Positions 53,698-64,000 of a stretch of DNA of 64,000 nucleotides are shown piece after piece. The first letter of the stretch is position 1. Every line of letters starts with the position of its first letter. The stretch covers positions 39,928,001 through 39,992,000 of the forward strand of contig NC_043008.1 of assembly GCF_006345805.1 (NCBI RefSeq), in the 5' to 3' direction. This DNA comes from Octopus sinensis. Taxonomy: Eukaryota. The position numbers were made by a program, and so were the translations under genes. A model generated the notes under the pieces. The model worked only from the letters and a program-made list of their open reading frames with translations. It was not told the DNA's origin and searched no databases.

Positions 53698-54053
53698 GAA
53701 ATGGAGATGATATATTTGTCTTGACTCGTAATGTATATATCTAATTTTCAGTGAAGTCTATTCACTGATTATCAAAATCAGAAATACTAAATTTCTAAAT
53801 CAGTCTTAGAGACATGTACGGTGGTGGGGCGATAGAATGGTTGTATACTGTCAATCTAACACGAATGTGACAGTAGGGGGGGGGGTACACCACCGCTCTT
53901 TAGCCCCAGGAAGCATCGACGCCTCCTGATGGCTTTGACACATTTTTCCTGTGTCCTTATATGCATTTACGAAGGGGAGACAAACACCCCCAGCCGCCCG
54001 GGCTGCATCTAGGGACACGTGTTTCAGGATGATTGTCCTTCGTCGGCCTCTAT
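53692..54053 (-). mobile_element. Retrozyme-like monomer related to the 41-kb array
   Basis: ~360 bp between microsatellite tracts. It starts with an HHR and shares the GACACA/TGTGTC hairpin, the GGAGG hairpin and CCTGGGGCTAAA with the 41-kb unit. Confidence 0.7.
54007..54053 (-). ncRNA. Minimal type I hammerhead with a U4C variant core
   Basis: ATAGAGG | CCGACGA | AGGA-caatca-TCCT | GAAA | CACGTG | TC^ | CCTAGAT. Palindromic helix III (ACACGTGT), GUC triplet, predicted cleavage between 54014 and 54013. Confidence 0.8.
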
Positions 54054-54067
54054 GTATATACACACAC

Positions 54068-54156
<89 letters not shown>

Positions 54157-54506
54157 TTGTGTACGTGTTTCTGCGTGCTTGTAAAAGTGTACATATATAA
54201 ACTCAACCCTGCTGATACTCAAGCACACGCACGGAAAAAAACACGCATTCCATGAAACTATCTTTTCATAGTCTAAATCCTTTTTCGTTTACTCTTTCAG
54301 TTGCATGTGGCATTTCCCTTTATATTTATTCCAGTATGTTTTACAATTTCAGAATGCCTTTAACTTCATTCAAAGAACATTGTAATACCTAGAGCTTTAT
54401 TTTAGAAATATTCCTGTTTTATTTTTTCAGTATTTAACAATGATATGCAGTAGACAAGTACTTCACAAAAACCTTTTACGATAAATTCAACTATTATTTC
54501 AAATAA

Positions 54507-54782
54507 ACTAAGTTCTTCTATACGTTCCCAATATGGTCTAACAATTCATGTTAGTGTGCTGGCAGAAACGTTAGCCCGCCGGCCGAAATGCGTAGCCGTA
54601 TCTCGTCTGCCGTTACGTTCTGAGTTCAATTTCCACCGAGGTCGACTTCGCCTTTCATTCTTTTGGGGTCGATAAATTAAGTACCAGTTACGCACTGGGG
54701 TCGATATAATCGACTTCATCCGTGTGTCTGTACTTGTTTGACCCCTCTGTGTTTAGCCCCATGTGGGTAGTAAAGAAATAGG
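54507..54782 (+). mobile_element. SINE family B preceded by a ~50-bp non-SINE segment
   Basis: The SINE body starts at ~54558. The upstream segment is shared, inverted, with ~59983-60033. Confidence 0.9.
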
Positions 54783-56562
54783 TATTTTGTCCCTCTCAAC
54801 CTTCTTATTTCAAATACTTCCGAGGTCGTCTAGTTGCCTTTCATACGTACGAGTGAAATAAAGTAAATACCTTTTGAGCACTGTAGTCGATGTAATCGAT
54901 ATAACACCTCTCTTGAGATTGCTGGACTCGTACCAAAAATTGAAAGCAATTTAGTCGAGCAATTAGTTATTCATTACCTTCAAATGAGTGGGTTGTTTTA
55001 GAACTCACTAAGGTAGTGTACATCATTTCTGTAATGAATATTCCTACGGCGATACGTTCGCTTAATGTAATCGCACTGGAAAGGAATATTTGAACGAATT
55101 CTTATTGACAAATCCCATATAGTAAATTATACTCATGGCATTTACATCTTTTATTTGCAGTCTTCTTCCTTGATTTGTTATAACAACATTAATTGATTGT
55201 GTACAATAATTTTGTTTTTACATTCGATCGAAACATGTTCAAGTTTCTTTTTGAGTTGTGAAACTAATTTGCTCTTTTATTTTTATAGAATTATGAGGGG
55301 GACAATATCGTTAGTGGTTTTCATATGTAATAAATGTTCTGCATATTTGTCCTTTGAGAAACTAATTATGTGCAAGCGAATACATTATACAGATATGTTG
55401 TTTAAAATATGTGGTGTGCGTGTTTGATTTAATTTGAAAATCTGACATCCAAGGATTAAATTCTTTTGATATTCCATTTTTAATTCTATGAGCCGGCTGG
55501 TTTCATTTCTATAACAGCGTTAATATTTTGAAATTCTCAAGGGTATTTAGTAATCTAGTATTTAATTTTTCTGCTGGACAAGTTTATTTCCTAAATCACA
55601 CATAAAATATTCCAAATACTAAACAGGCAGGGGATTCTATTGAAATTCCTTCAATTAACATTTTATGACTAAGTCCTTTGGTAAATAACATCAATAATCT
55701 ATAAGAATATGTTTCCGTCTCGTGTGTGTGTGTGTGTGAACTTAAATTTATTAGTTAATGATCTTCCACCTTTCTGCATTTTTACAGTACTGATTAAATT
55801 GTTATGTTGTGAAAGAAGCAGATTTCGGAATTTTGAAACATATGTAATTATTAATGTAGGAAGGTTATTGTAACTGCTGTTAGTCACATATTCTGGCTCA
55901 TGTATTGCAGAAATAATCATTGTTTAAGTTATTTGAATGCATTTCATTTTACGGTTTACATGTTTGTTTGTATTTTTTGTACGCTGGTATACATTGATAA
56001 ACTGTGCGTAAGCGTGATCATGATGTTTCACCGAAAGAGAATGATTAATTAATCAAATGTCATCCGTATCAGTTCTAATCGTTCGGAGCAAATTAAAACT
56101 GCTGAATATTACTTTATGAATTTCGGAATAATGCTTGTTGAATATTCAAAAGAAATTCACACATTTGTAATATCATCTTCGAAGTTTGTAAGTTACATTT
56201 GTTTCCTTTTGTTCTCATACGCTTGACACCATTAACTTACTTTTTGTAGCCGATTTCGGTTTACTTATAGAGTTTAGGATTTTGTGAAAGTTATCCTCAA
56301 TGACAAATTCAATGTTTGTGTGTTGATATTGTTTAGTAACATTGTTATTGCAGATATATTCTAATCATTTTGATGTTCGATACGCTATTGATTACCTTTG
56401 ATGACGAATTTGGATGTGAAGTTGCAAAAACCAGTAGTATAACGCATTATGCCGATAATTTTCTTTATGGATCCTAAAATAATATGAAAATAAGGTCAAG
56501 GTGAAACTCACTGATATACATTGTTTATCTTTCTGTAATTTTTCTTACCAAACGAAGGCCAA

Positions 56563-56720
56563 TACCAGGGGTGCTGAAAAGTTCCTGGCTTTAAAGATAT
56601 TGCGAAAGGTCAGGTTAGAGGCTCAGCCTCCCGAGTTGTTTTACAGTATTTAGAAAACCTGAAGGATCGCTGCAATATGTACCTGAATCTGAGAGCGGAA
56701 TGTGTTGAGTAAAATTAGAA
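56563..56720 (+). mobile_element. Mariner-derived short relic
   Basis: Mariner-type terminus TA-CCAGGGGTGCTGAAAAGTTCCTGGC, followed by a transposase-C-terminus-like stretch (DRCNMYLNLRAECVE*). Confidence 0.55.
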
Positions 56721-58719
56721 TTTATATGCGTATGCAAACTTAGTTAACGCGTTCGTGTTTACTCGTACCTGCAAATACCTTTAGCTGCTGTAATATTCTC
56801 AATAAAAATTTTCTCACCGGTAATATGTGTAAACATACATTACGCCATTGGATCGTGGGACGAACGTGACACTACATTATTGCATCTCATCAGCTACGAA
56901 TACTGAATGCCCCTTTCGCAGGCGTTTAAGGACGATAATTCAACGCTGCTTCGTACGATTCTAGTTTCTTTCATACACCTTTACGAAACTTCGAGCATGT
57001 CGGCAGGGATACTATTTTCTGTTCTTATACAGACCGAATATCTTTAATATTCGGCGATGAAGGACAGATTCGCTAATTCGGTATTCGTAGCTGAGGGAGC
57101 GCAAAATAGCATAAACGCACCTATCCTGCACATCATTGGCGTCATTCATAGATTAATGTTTTCATTCGTGCTGCCTATAACATGCTTCTCCTAAGAACAT
57201 TTTTGTTGGGCAAAACCATCCTCCGTTCGGTTGTTTTGGACCATGTGAAAGATGATGATACAGGCGCGTATATTATTTAACATTGTGCTTGCAATACTAG
57301 TTGATATATATATATATATATATATATATATGACTAAAATACGTAAAATATAAAAGACTTATTTGTACGAATGTATGAATATCTCCACTGAAAAATCACC
57401 AAACAATCTTCCGCTTTTTCTTATTCATACTGTACAGGTTATGTGATACACGTCGTCGCATATATCGTGCATATATCATTCAGATTTCAGATTAATGTGG
57501 ACTGCGATCTAAAAATTACTAACATTTATTTCCCGATGTTACGAAAAATAACTTCAGAGTTAAAGTTTTCGTAACTTTTGTCATTACAAATTTTAAAAAT
57601 TTTAGTATGAGCTTATTCAGAATTTATGATATTATTGAATAAGTAAACTTCTGCCAAAGTTCTTAAATGTTTGTGCTATATTATTCTATATTTCATGAGT
57701 GCTTTCTAATATTTAGGATTGGTACTTAATCATATTAACTCTGTGATTACATAATATATATGACGTTAAAGTGAAGTCGTTATAAGCTACATGACAGTAG
57801 TAAGCATCAACGTATTAAGGGATGGGTAACAATATTTTTTAGCGAAATACATCATTATTTTGTTCCTTATAATTATCATTATTTTATTTTTCTTATAATT
57901 GTATATTCGTATTTGTATCCAAACGAGTAATTATAAGTATTAATGATTCTAAAATGACACATTGTTAAAACACGCTTGGTTTTAGACAATCAACACATAC
58001 CAAACCATTGGCAACCAGAAAATTATTCGGATTTTAATTTTATGTAAATTTGTGTTTATAAATTATTTTCATCTTTTTAATTATTCATACACGCTGACAT
58101 GTTTGCCAAAGTCGAGATAATTAAGTTTTCGTGAGTATAATACACAATTCATCGAGATTATTGTGCAGCAGATGGTGTTTCGAGAGGCTTCTGTATCTGT
58201 AAAATACATGTTGGTTATAATTAAAGTATTGCTTATTTTCAAGATATCTTTCAAAAGACGTGATTCAAACATTTAAGTCCCGTAGTTGATTGCACTCGCA
58301 CAAAACATCACTCGGTTCAGTGCTTCAGGAAATCACAAGATGTGTGTAGTATAGGGTTATTTATAAAATATCTCTGTTTCGATGAAAGAGGTCAGCTAAA
58401 ATATTACCGAAGCCTTGGGCTGTGTTAGCCTCAGGAATATATATTGATCTCTTACCAACACTATGCTACCTGTTATGCTATTCAAATATTTAAAAAAAAT
58501 TACGTAATTATTATAATCAAATAAAAGCTGAAATAAAACAATTATTCACTGCTCTGGAATATTAATTTTATAAATTATAAATTAATTATAAAATACCTTG
58601 ATCTCCAGCAATTTCTAATCATTCTCTCTTCCGCTAAGTTTGTATTTACGTTTCTCATAATGGAGCACCAGACGTTAAATAATCTACGTAATGATTATTG
58701 ATTAATATTTAATATGCTA

Positions 58720-58885
58720 AAGGCGGGGTGAGCTGGCAAAATCGTTAGCACGCCGGGCAAGGTGCTTAGCGCAATTTCTTCCGTTTTCACCTCCTCAGTT
58801 CAAATTTCGTCCAGGTTAAATTTGATTTTTGTTCATTCAGGGTCGATAAAATGAGTAGCAGTTGAACACAGGGCTCGATATGGCC
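58720..58885 (+). mobile_element. SINE family B relic
   Basis: aaggcggggtgagctggcaaaatcgttagcacgccgggc...gggtcgataaaatgagta. Confidence 0.75.
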
Positions 58886-58949
58886 GACGTAAACCTCAAA
58901 ATATTTCTGGCTCTATACCAAAAGTCATGGTGTCCGCCATGTTAGATCG

Positions 58950-59085
58950 CTAGCCACTACACGTTCTTTATTTTCTCTCCCTGTTTTTTTCTGTGTTTCT
59001 TTCTCTGGAAGAACGTAGGCTCGAAACGTTAAAAACTTTTTCACTTCCCGAGCGTTATACTAATACATCTGTTTGTTGTCTGTGT
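58950..59085 (+). mobile_element. Family E Penelope-like terminal fragment
   Basis: Homologous to 11960-12140 (..gtaggctcgaaacgtt..gagcgttatactaatacatctgtttg). Confidence 0.6.
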
Positions 59086-59759
59086 GTGCACACAGACACA
59101 CCAATAAACCGAGACATATAACCTCTTGTACCTATACTTATATTCATTCAAATAAATATTCTATAATTTGACCTCATTTAATGAATTTTCTCGTGAAGCT
59201 GACTCACACGGTATTCATATCCCTACGGAATAAGATATTTATCATTACACTGGCCAATTTGTTTATCATTTAAGGAACTAATCGACTGAATGAATATCAG
59301 TGGTAAGATTAGTTGAATTGGAAAACTTTAGTACTGCTTCCAGACGGAGGGAAAAATATGGCCAACATGTTTTATTATACTATGCATCGTGTTTGGTCCA
59401 AATTGTAGGAAGCAACAGTGTTGAAACCTTGTTACCTTTTGTGCTAAATTTCTGCTAGGGGGTTTCTGAATTTTTACTGTCAAAGGAATATTAAAATGGC
59501 GAGATTTTAAATTGCATATACCGCTCGAACAAACATTTAAATTACTTGCATGCACCACGAGGCGCTTGATGAATTAATAAGAATACGGAAAAGGATTGTG
59601 GTGATGGGGATTATCAATCAGACAAAATTATTAGAAATATTGAAGATGTGTTGCTCCTTTCTCTGAAAAGTTTTCAGGGTATTCTTTTAATAAAATACGG
59701 TATTCTTCCTTTGTGATAATACATATATGAATGTATTATTAATAAGCAATCTATTATAT

Positions 59760-60096
59760 GTTTCTTTATTACCCACAAGGGGCTAAACATAGAGGGGTCA
59801 AACAAGGACAGGCAAACGAATTAAGTCGAATACATCGACCCCAGTGCGTAACAGGAAGTTAATTTATCGACCCCGAAAGGATGAAAGGCAAAGTAGACCT
59901 CGGCGGAATTTGAACTCAGAACGTAACGGTTAGACGAGATACGGTTACGCATTTCGCCGGGCGGGCTAACTTTTCTGCCAGCACACTAACATAAATTGTT
60001 AGACCATATTGGGAACGTATAGAAGAACTTAGTATATTTGATATACGGCTACTCATTTCGCCCGGCGTGCTAACGGTTCTGCCAGCCCGCCGCCTT
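59760..60096 (-). mobile_element. Composite SINE B: head + ~55-bp insert + near-complete SINE
   Basis: Head at 60096-60043, insert at ~60040-59985, SINE body at 59982-59760. Confidence 0.9.
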
Positions 60097-60434
60097 CTGA
60101 GCAATCTATTAAATTCGTATTGTTATACTCTCGTTGTTGTATTGGTTTGTGCTTCCAGATAATTATATAGCTTCGTGTTATTTGCGAAGTCTTATCATAT
60201 ATTCAGTTACAGTTAACATTTATGCTATTTTTACTGAACACGCTGTGCTTATATTGCGAGATTTACTATTATATTGTACTTCTTATTTTTTATGCAGTTC
60301 AACATTGTCATAGCGCTCAGTACAATTAGATATTTTCCCGACAATATAGTGCGTAAACACTATATACACAATAAATACATACACATATACACACACGCAT
60401 ATACGACATTATATATATGTATATAGACGCATAT

Positions 60435-60529
<95 letters not shown>

Positions 60530-60539
60530 ACATGGATAC

Positions 60540-60572
<33 letters not shown>

Positions 60573-60573
60573 T

Positions 60574-60641
<68 letters not shown>

Positions 60642-60655
60642 CATATATACGTATA

Positions 60656-61862
60656 TACACGGACATGACAGAATAAATAGAAGTTAATACAACCATGAAC
60701 ATTTATTTGAATCTGAAATTATGCATTCAAATTATTAAATAATTATTATGAAGTAAATATTTAATATTTAGTAGACATGCCCTTTGCATTTTGCCATGCA
60801 AAGACGCTTTTAGGCCTGTTACTGATTCAATAACGAATATTCTCTTGCGGACTTCTTGTCAAGTTTCATGCTATAATCTCAAAAGATTTGACTTTGAAAA
60901 TGATTTCTTCTTCTTTTTATGAAGTGCCCTATTCATTACGTCCAAGGAGTGTTCAATGGGGTTCATATTTGGTGACTGGCTTGGCCATGGAAGCTTATTC
61001 ATGCCATTTTCATCCAACAAATCGTGTGTCATTTCAGCTGTACGACAAGGAACCCCATGGTCCATAAATAAAAATCTTCTTTAATCGTTTCACTACTACA
61101 AAAAAAATTAACAGGAGTCGTTTCTGCAATATGGACATATATTTAACGTAGTTTATGTTTCCCTCCCACTCCACCAGCTCTGATTCACCTTTGTTCCAAT
61201 TTGCTCCCCAGAGCATCACAGAATAGCTGCCGTGTTTCATTGTTGGTTGCGATCTTTTCACATTAAAAATTTTTCAAAAACTCTCCAGTCCCACACTCGA
61301 TCACTGTCAGAAAATACAGCAAATCTGGATTCATCAGAGAATATGACAGCATCCCAAAATGCTACTAGCCTCTCAACCATCTCACTGGTGCAATTATTTC
61401 TCCGTTTCATATTGATTGGTCGAAGAACTGTCTTCCTTCTTGCTGCTTTGCCATAGTGTGTGGATATACCTAATCGCAGTTCTGGGACTGACGTCAGCTA
61501 GTTCTCCTATGTCAGGGGCCTCGCAACGAGGATTATCCCCTATACTTCTCTTAACAAAGTGAAGGTCCTGTCAGAGGGCCCTGGTTGATCTGGGCGAGTT
61601 GATGTTGACTCTCTGGTGAATTGCACAATCACTCTGTTAAGCGAGATCCCAAGGTTCTCTATGATTTTATGCTAACTATGTCCACCTTCAAAATGACCTA
61701 CAATACGGCCTCTGCAAAATTCAGACAGTTCCAAGGCTTCTTTAAATAGTCACATATAGAAACTGAAACATAAAATTATCAATTAATAAAAAAACAATTA
61801 TAAACCTTTACAAGTTAGATGTTTTATGTGGTGTCTATTTACTTCTGTTCTGCTTGTGAATG
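60656..61862 (-). mobile_element. Decayed Tc1-family (DD34E) transposon
   Basis: ELSEFCRGRIVGHFEGG, WDAVIFSDESRF, PTMKHGSYSVMLWG, LPWPSQSPNMNPIEH. Degenerate TIRs, with TA at both ends. Confidence 0.92.
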
Positions 61863-61864
61863 TA

Positions 61865-62730
61865 TTGGGTCATCCTATAAATAATGCGGTTTTCTCAATT
61901 ACATGAACTAAAGCTCGGAGGGTAACGAAATAATCTACCTCCATCAACGTGCTATAAAAACAGGTAGTAATTTTACCTTGTACTTATTCTTAGTCCAATA
62001 TTTGGAGAATGCAGGTAGATTTTAACAATTATATTTTCAGTTCTACAATGGAAGTGACAAAGGAGCATATTCGGGATATTTTGCTTTATGAGTTCAATGA
62101 AGGAAATATCAATGCAGTATATGGGGTTCGGACAATAAGCCTAATCCAGACTCAACGGGGTTTCCAGAAGTACTGAGCCGCAGACTACAACCTAGAAGAT
62201 GAGCCTCGTCCTAGAAGATCTGAACGTCCTGCAAACCGGTGTGGAACAAAATCTCATCGTAACTGTTGAAGAACTAGCAGAGAAGCTTCGAATTGGGCAT
62301 TCAACGAGTCTTTCATGCCAGTGTTAGAAGAAAAACGACCATCTTTGTTTTCAAGACGAAAGGTATTCCTCAATTATGATAGTACACAGCCACATACAGT
62401 GAGAATGGCATTCCAAAGGCTGGATCAGTTTGAATGGGAAACGATGCCCCACCCACCATATTTGCCATATATTATCATGTATCCTGCAGTTTTCTAAATC
62501 ATTTGGATGGAAAACATGAATTCTATGGACAAGGTCAGAACAGTACTGGAGAAGTATCTTTCGTCACGGACAAGTGAACTTTGGAATAGGAGCTTTGCAA
62601 ATCTACCAGATAGACGGAAGGGAATTGTAGAAAATGAAGCAGAGTATATTTTAGATTTAGAAAGATGTTTATCTTAATTTTGAAAAATAAAAGAAGTATA
62701 AAAACACATTATTTATATACAAACACATAT
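61865..62730 (+). mobile_element. Decayed, internally deleted mariner transposon
   Basis: TIR TTGGGTCATCCTATAAATAATGCGGTTTT. MEVTKEHIRDILLYEFNEG starts at 62048, followed by YNLEDEPRPRR, EKRPSL and WETMPHPPY. Confidence 0.92.
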
Positions 62731-62788
62731 ATATAAATATGTAGCCATATATACATATACATACATACATACAGACATGCATACATAC

Positions 62789-62860
<72 letters not shown>

Positions 62861-62863
<3 letters not shown>

Positions 62864-64000
62864 TGAGAACCGAGATAATAGTCCATGATGATTTTTTAGA
62901 TTTTCTAAATAACTACCCGTGGTATTTTGAAGAAAATTTACATGATAGTACAGTACGCTGATTTTGGTTTGTATAAAAAAATTAATATTTGCTGTTTTTT
63001 AAAAAATTTCCATTAATCAACAATTTTCTCTTTGAAGTGAACAGAATTAATAGTCATAATATTGATTTCAAATGACGGGGTGTGAAAAAGATCTTGTAGA
63101 CTATGCGAGGCACTAGATTTTAAAAGAAATAAGTAAAGCCAATTCTGCAGATAAATTGGTCAAGAAATTAGGTCGTCATGTGAAAACAATTCTCTATTTA
63201 CAAAATTTACAAATCCCAAGTATCGGAAAGAGATCAGTGATAACGGTAAGTACCGAGCAGTCACAGCGTGAGATATTTCCCTTCTCAAGCGATGCTTAAT
63301 TAAAAATCATCCCGGATGTACTAGTAAAAATTTATTTAAAGACCCTGGTATTGAAGATGTCTACAAATTAAGAGAGAAATAAAGTAATTGGTAGCTTTGC
63401 GAAAGGGAAGAAACCTGCGTGCAAGCCTCCGTTGACTCCCAAACACAAAAAGCTCGGTTAGAATGGGATATAATGTATATGAAGAGTGATGACAATGATA
63501 TTTTGTTCTCTGATGAGTAACTATTTCTTTACTACCCACAAGGGGCTAAACACAGAGAGGACAAACAAGGACAGACAAACGGATTAAGTCGATTATATCG
63601 ACATCAGTGCATAACAGGTACTTATTTAATCGACGCCGAAAGGATGAAAGGCAAAGTCGACCTCGGCGGAATTTGAACTCCGAACGTAGCGGCAGACGTA
63701 ATACATATTTCTTTACTACCCACACAGGGCTAAACACAGAAAGGACAGACAAACGGATTAAGTCGATTATATCGACCCCAGTGCGTAACTGGTACTTATT
63801 TAATCGACCCCGAAAGGATGAAAGGCAAAGTCGACCTCTGCGGGATTTGAACTCAACGTAACGGCAGACGAAATACGGCTACGCATTTCGCCCGGCGTGC
63901 TAACGTTTCTGCCAGCTCGCCGCCTTACCGAGGCACACTAGAGGGGCTTGATGTTTGGGTTAAGGAATGGGTGTTTTATGACAACCCCGCTCACGTGCGT
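62861..64000 (+). mobile_element. Decayed Tc1-family transposon interrupted by SINEs, runs off the window end
   Basis: KPPLTPKHKKLRLEW..YMKSDDNDILFSDE precedes the SINEs, and TLEGLDVWVKEWV (RATLDGPDGW-like) follows them. Confidence 0.8.
63521..63926 (-). mobile_element. Tandem pair of SINE family B (one headless)
   Basis: Copies at 63521-63704 and 63706-63926. Confidence 0.93.

Noticed and set aside
56840-57270. GC-richer patch with a minus-strand acceptor (GCTCCCTCAG|C) and a 45-aa frame
   Set aside because: No homologous motif recognised and no consistent donor; not supportable without expression data.
5237-60702. Dozens of [20 protein letters not shown] ORFs
   Set aside because: They are translations of (TA)n, (CA)n, (TATC)n and (GA)n microsatellites, which lack stops in some frames.
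16202-63926. tRNA genes
   Set aside because: The A/B-box-containing heads continue into SINE bodies and do not form complete cloverleaves.

Overview
This is AT-rich, microsatellite-dense eukaryotic DNA, most likely an octopus intron or intergenic region. The species call is an inference from recognising two abundant tRNA-derived SINE families. No host protein-coding gene can be established, and almost all listed ORFs are microsatellite artefacts or transposon fragments. The window holds decayed mariner and Tc1 transposons, MITEs and foldback elements, many SINEs, L1/Tx1-like and R4/Dong-like LINE relics, Penelope-like 3' ends, and a near full-length CR1-type LINE (36.9-41.0 kb) whose ORF1 has two CCCH zinc fingers. 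The main discovery is a hammerhead-ribozyme (HHR) system. A ~348-bp tandem array at 41.08-41.90 kb carries an intact minimal type I hammerhead, the architecture of a non-LTR retrozyme. A diverged ~360-bp monomer at 53.7-54.05 kb (minus strand) carries a near-intact hammerhead. The two share a two-hairpin + CCTGGGGCTAAA module at the same distance (57-58 nt) from the cleavage site. A tRNA-headed SINE with a hammerhead-like tail and several further HHR-like relics are also present. Boundaries of old repeats are approximate and were read by eye; no database searches were run.
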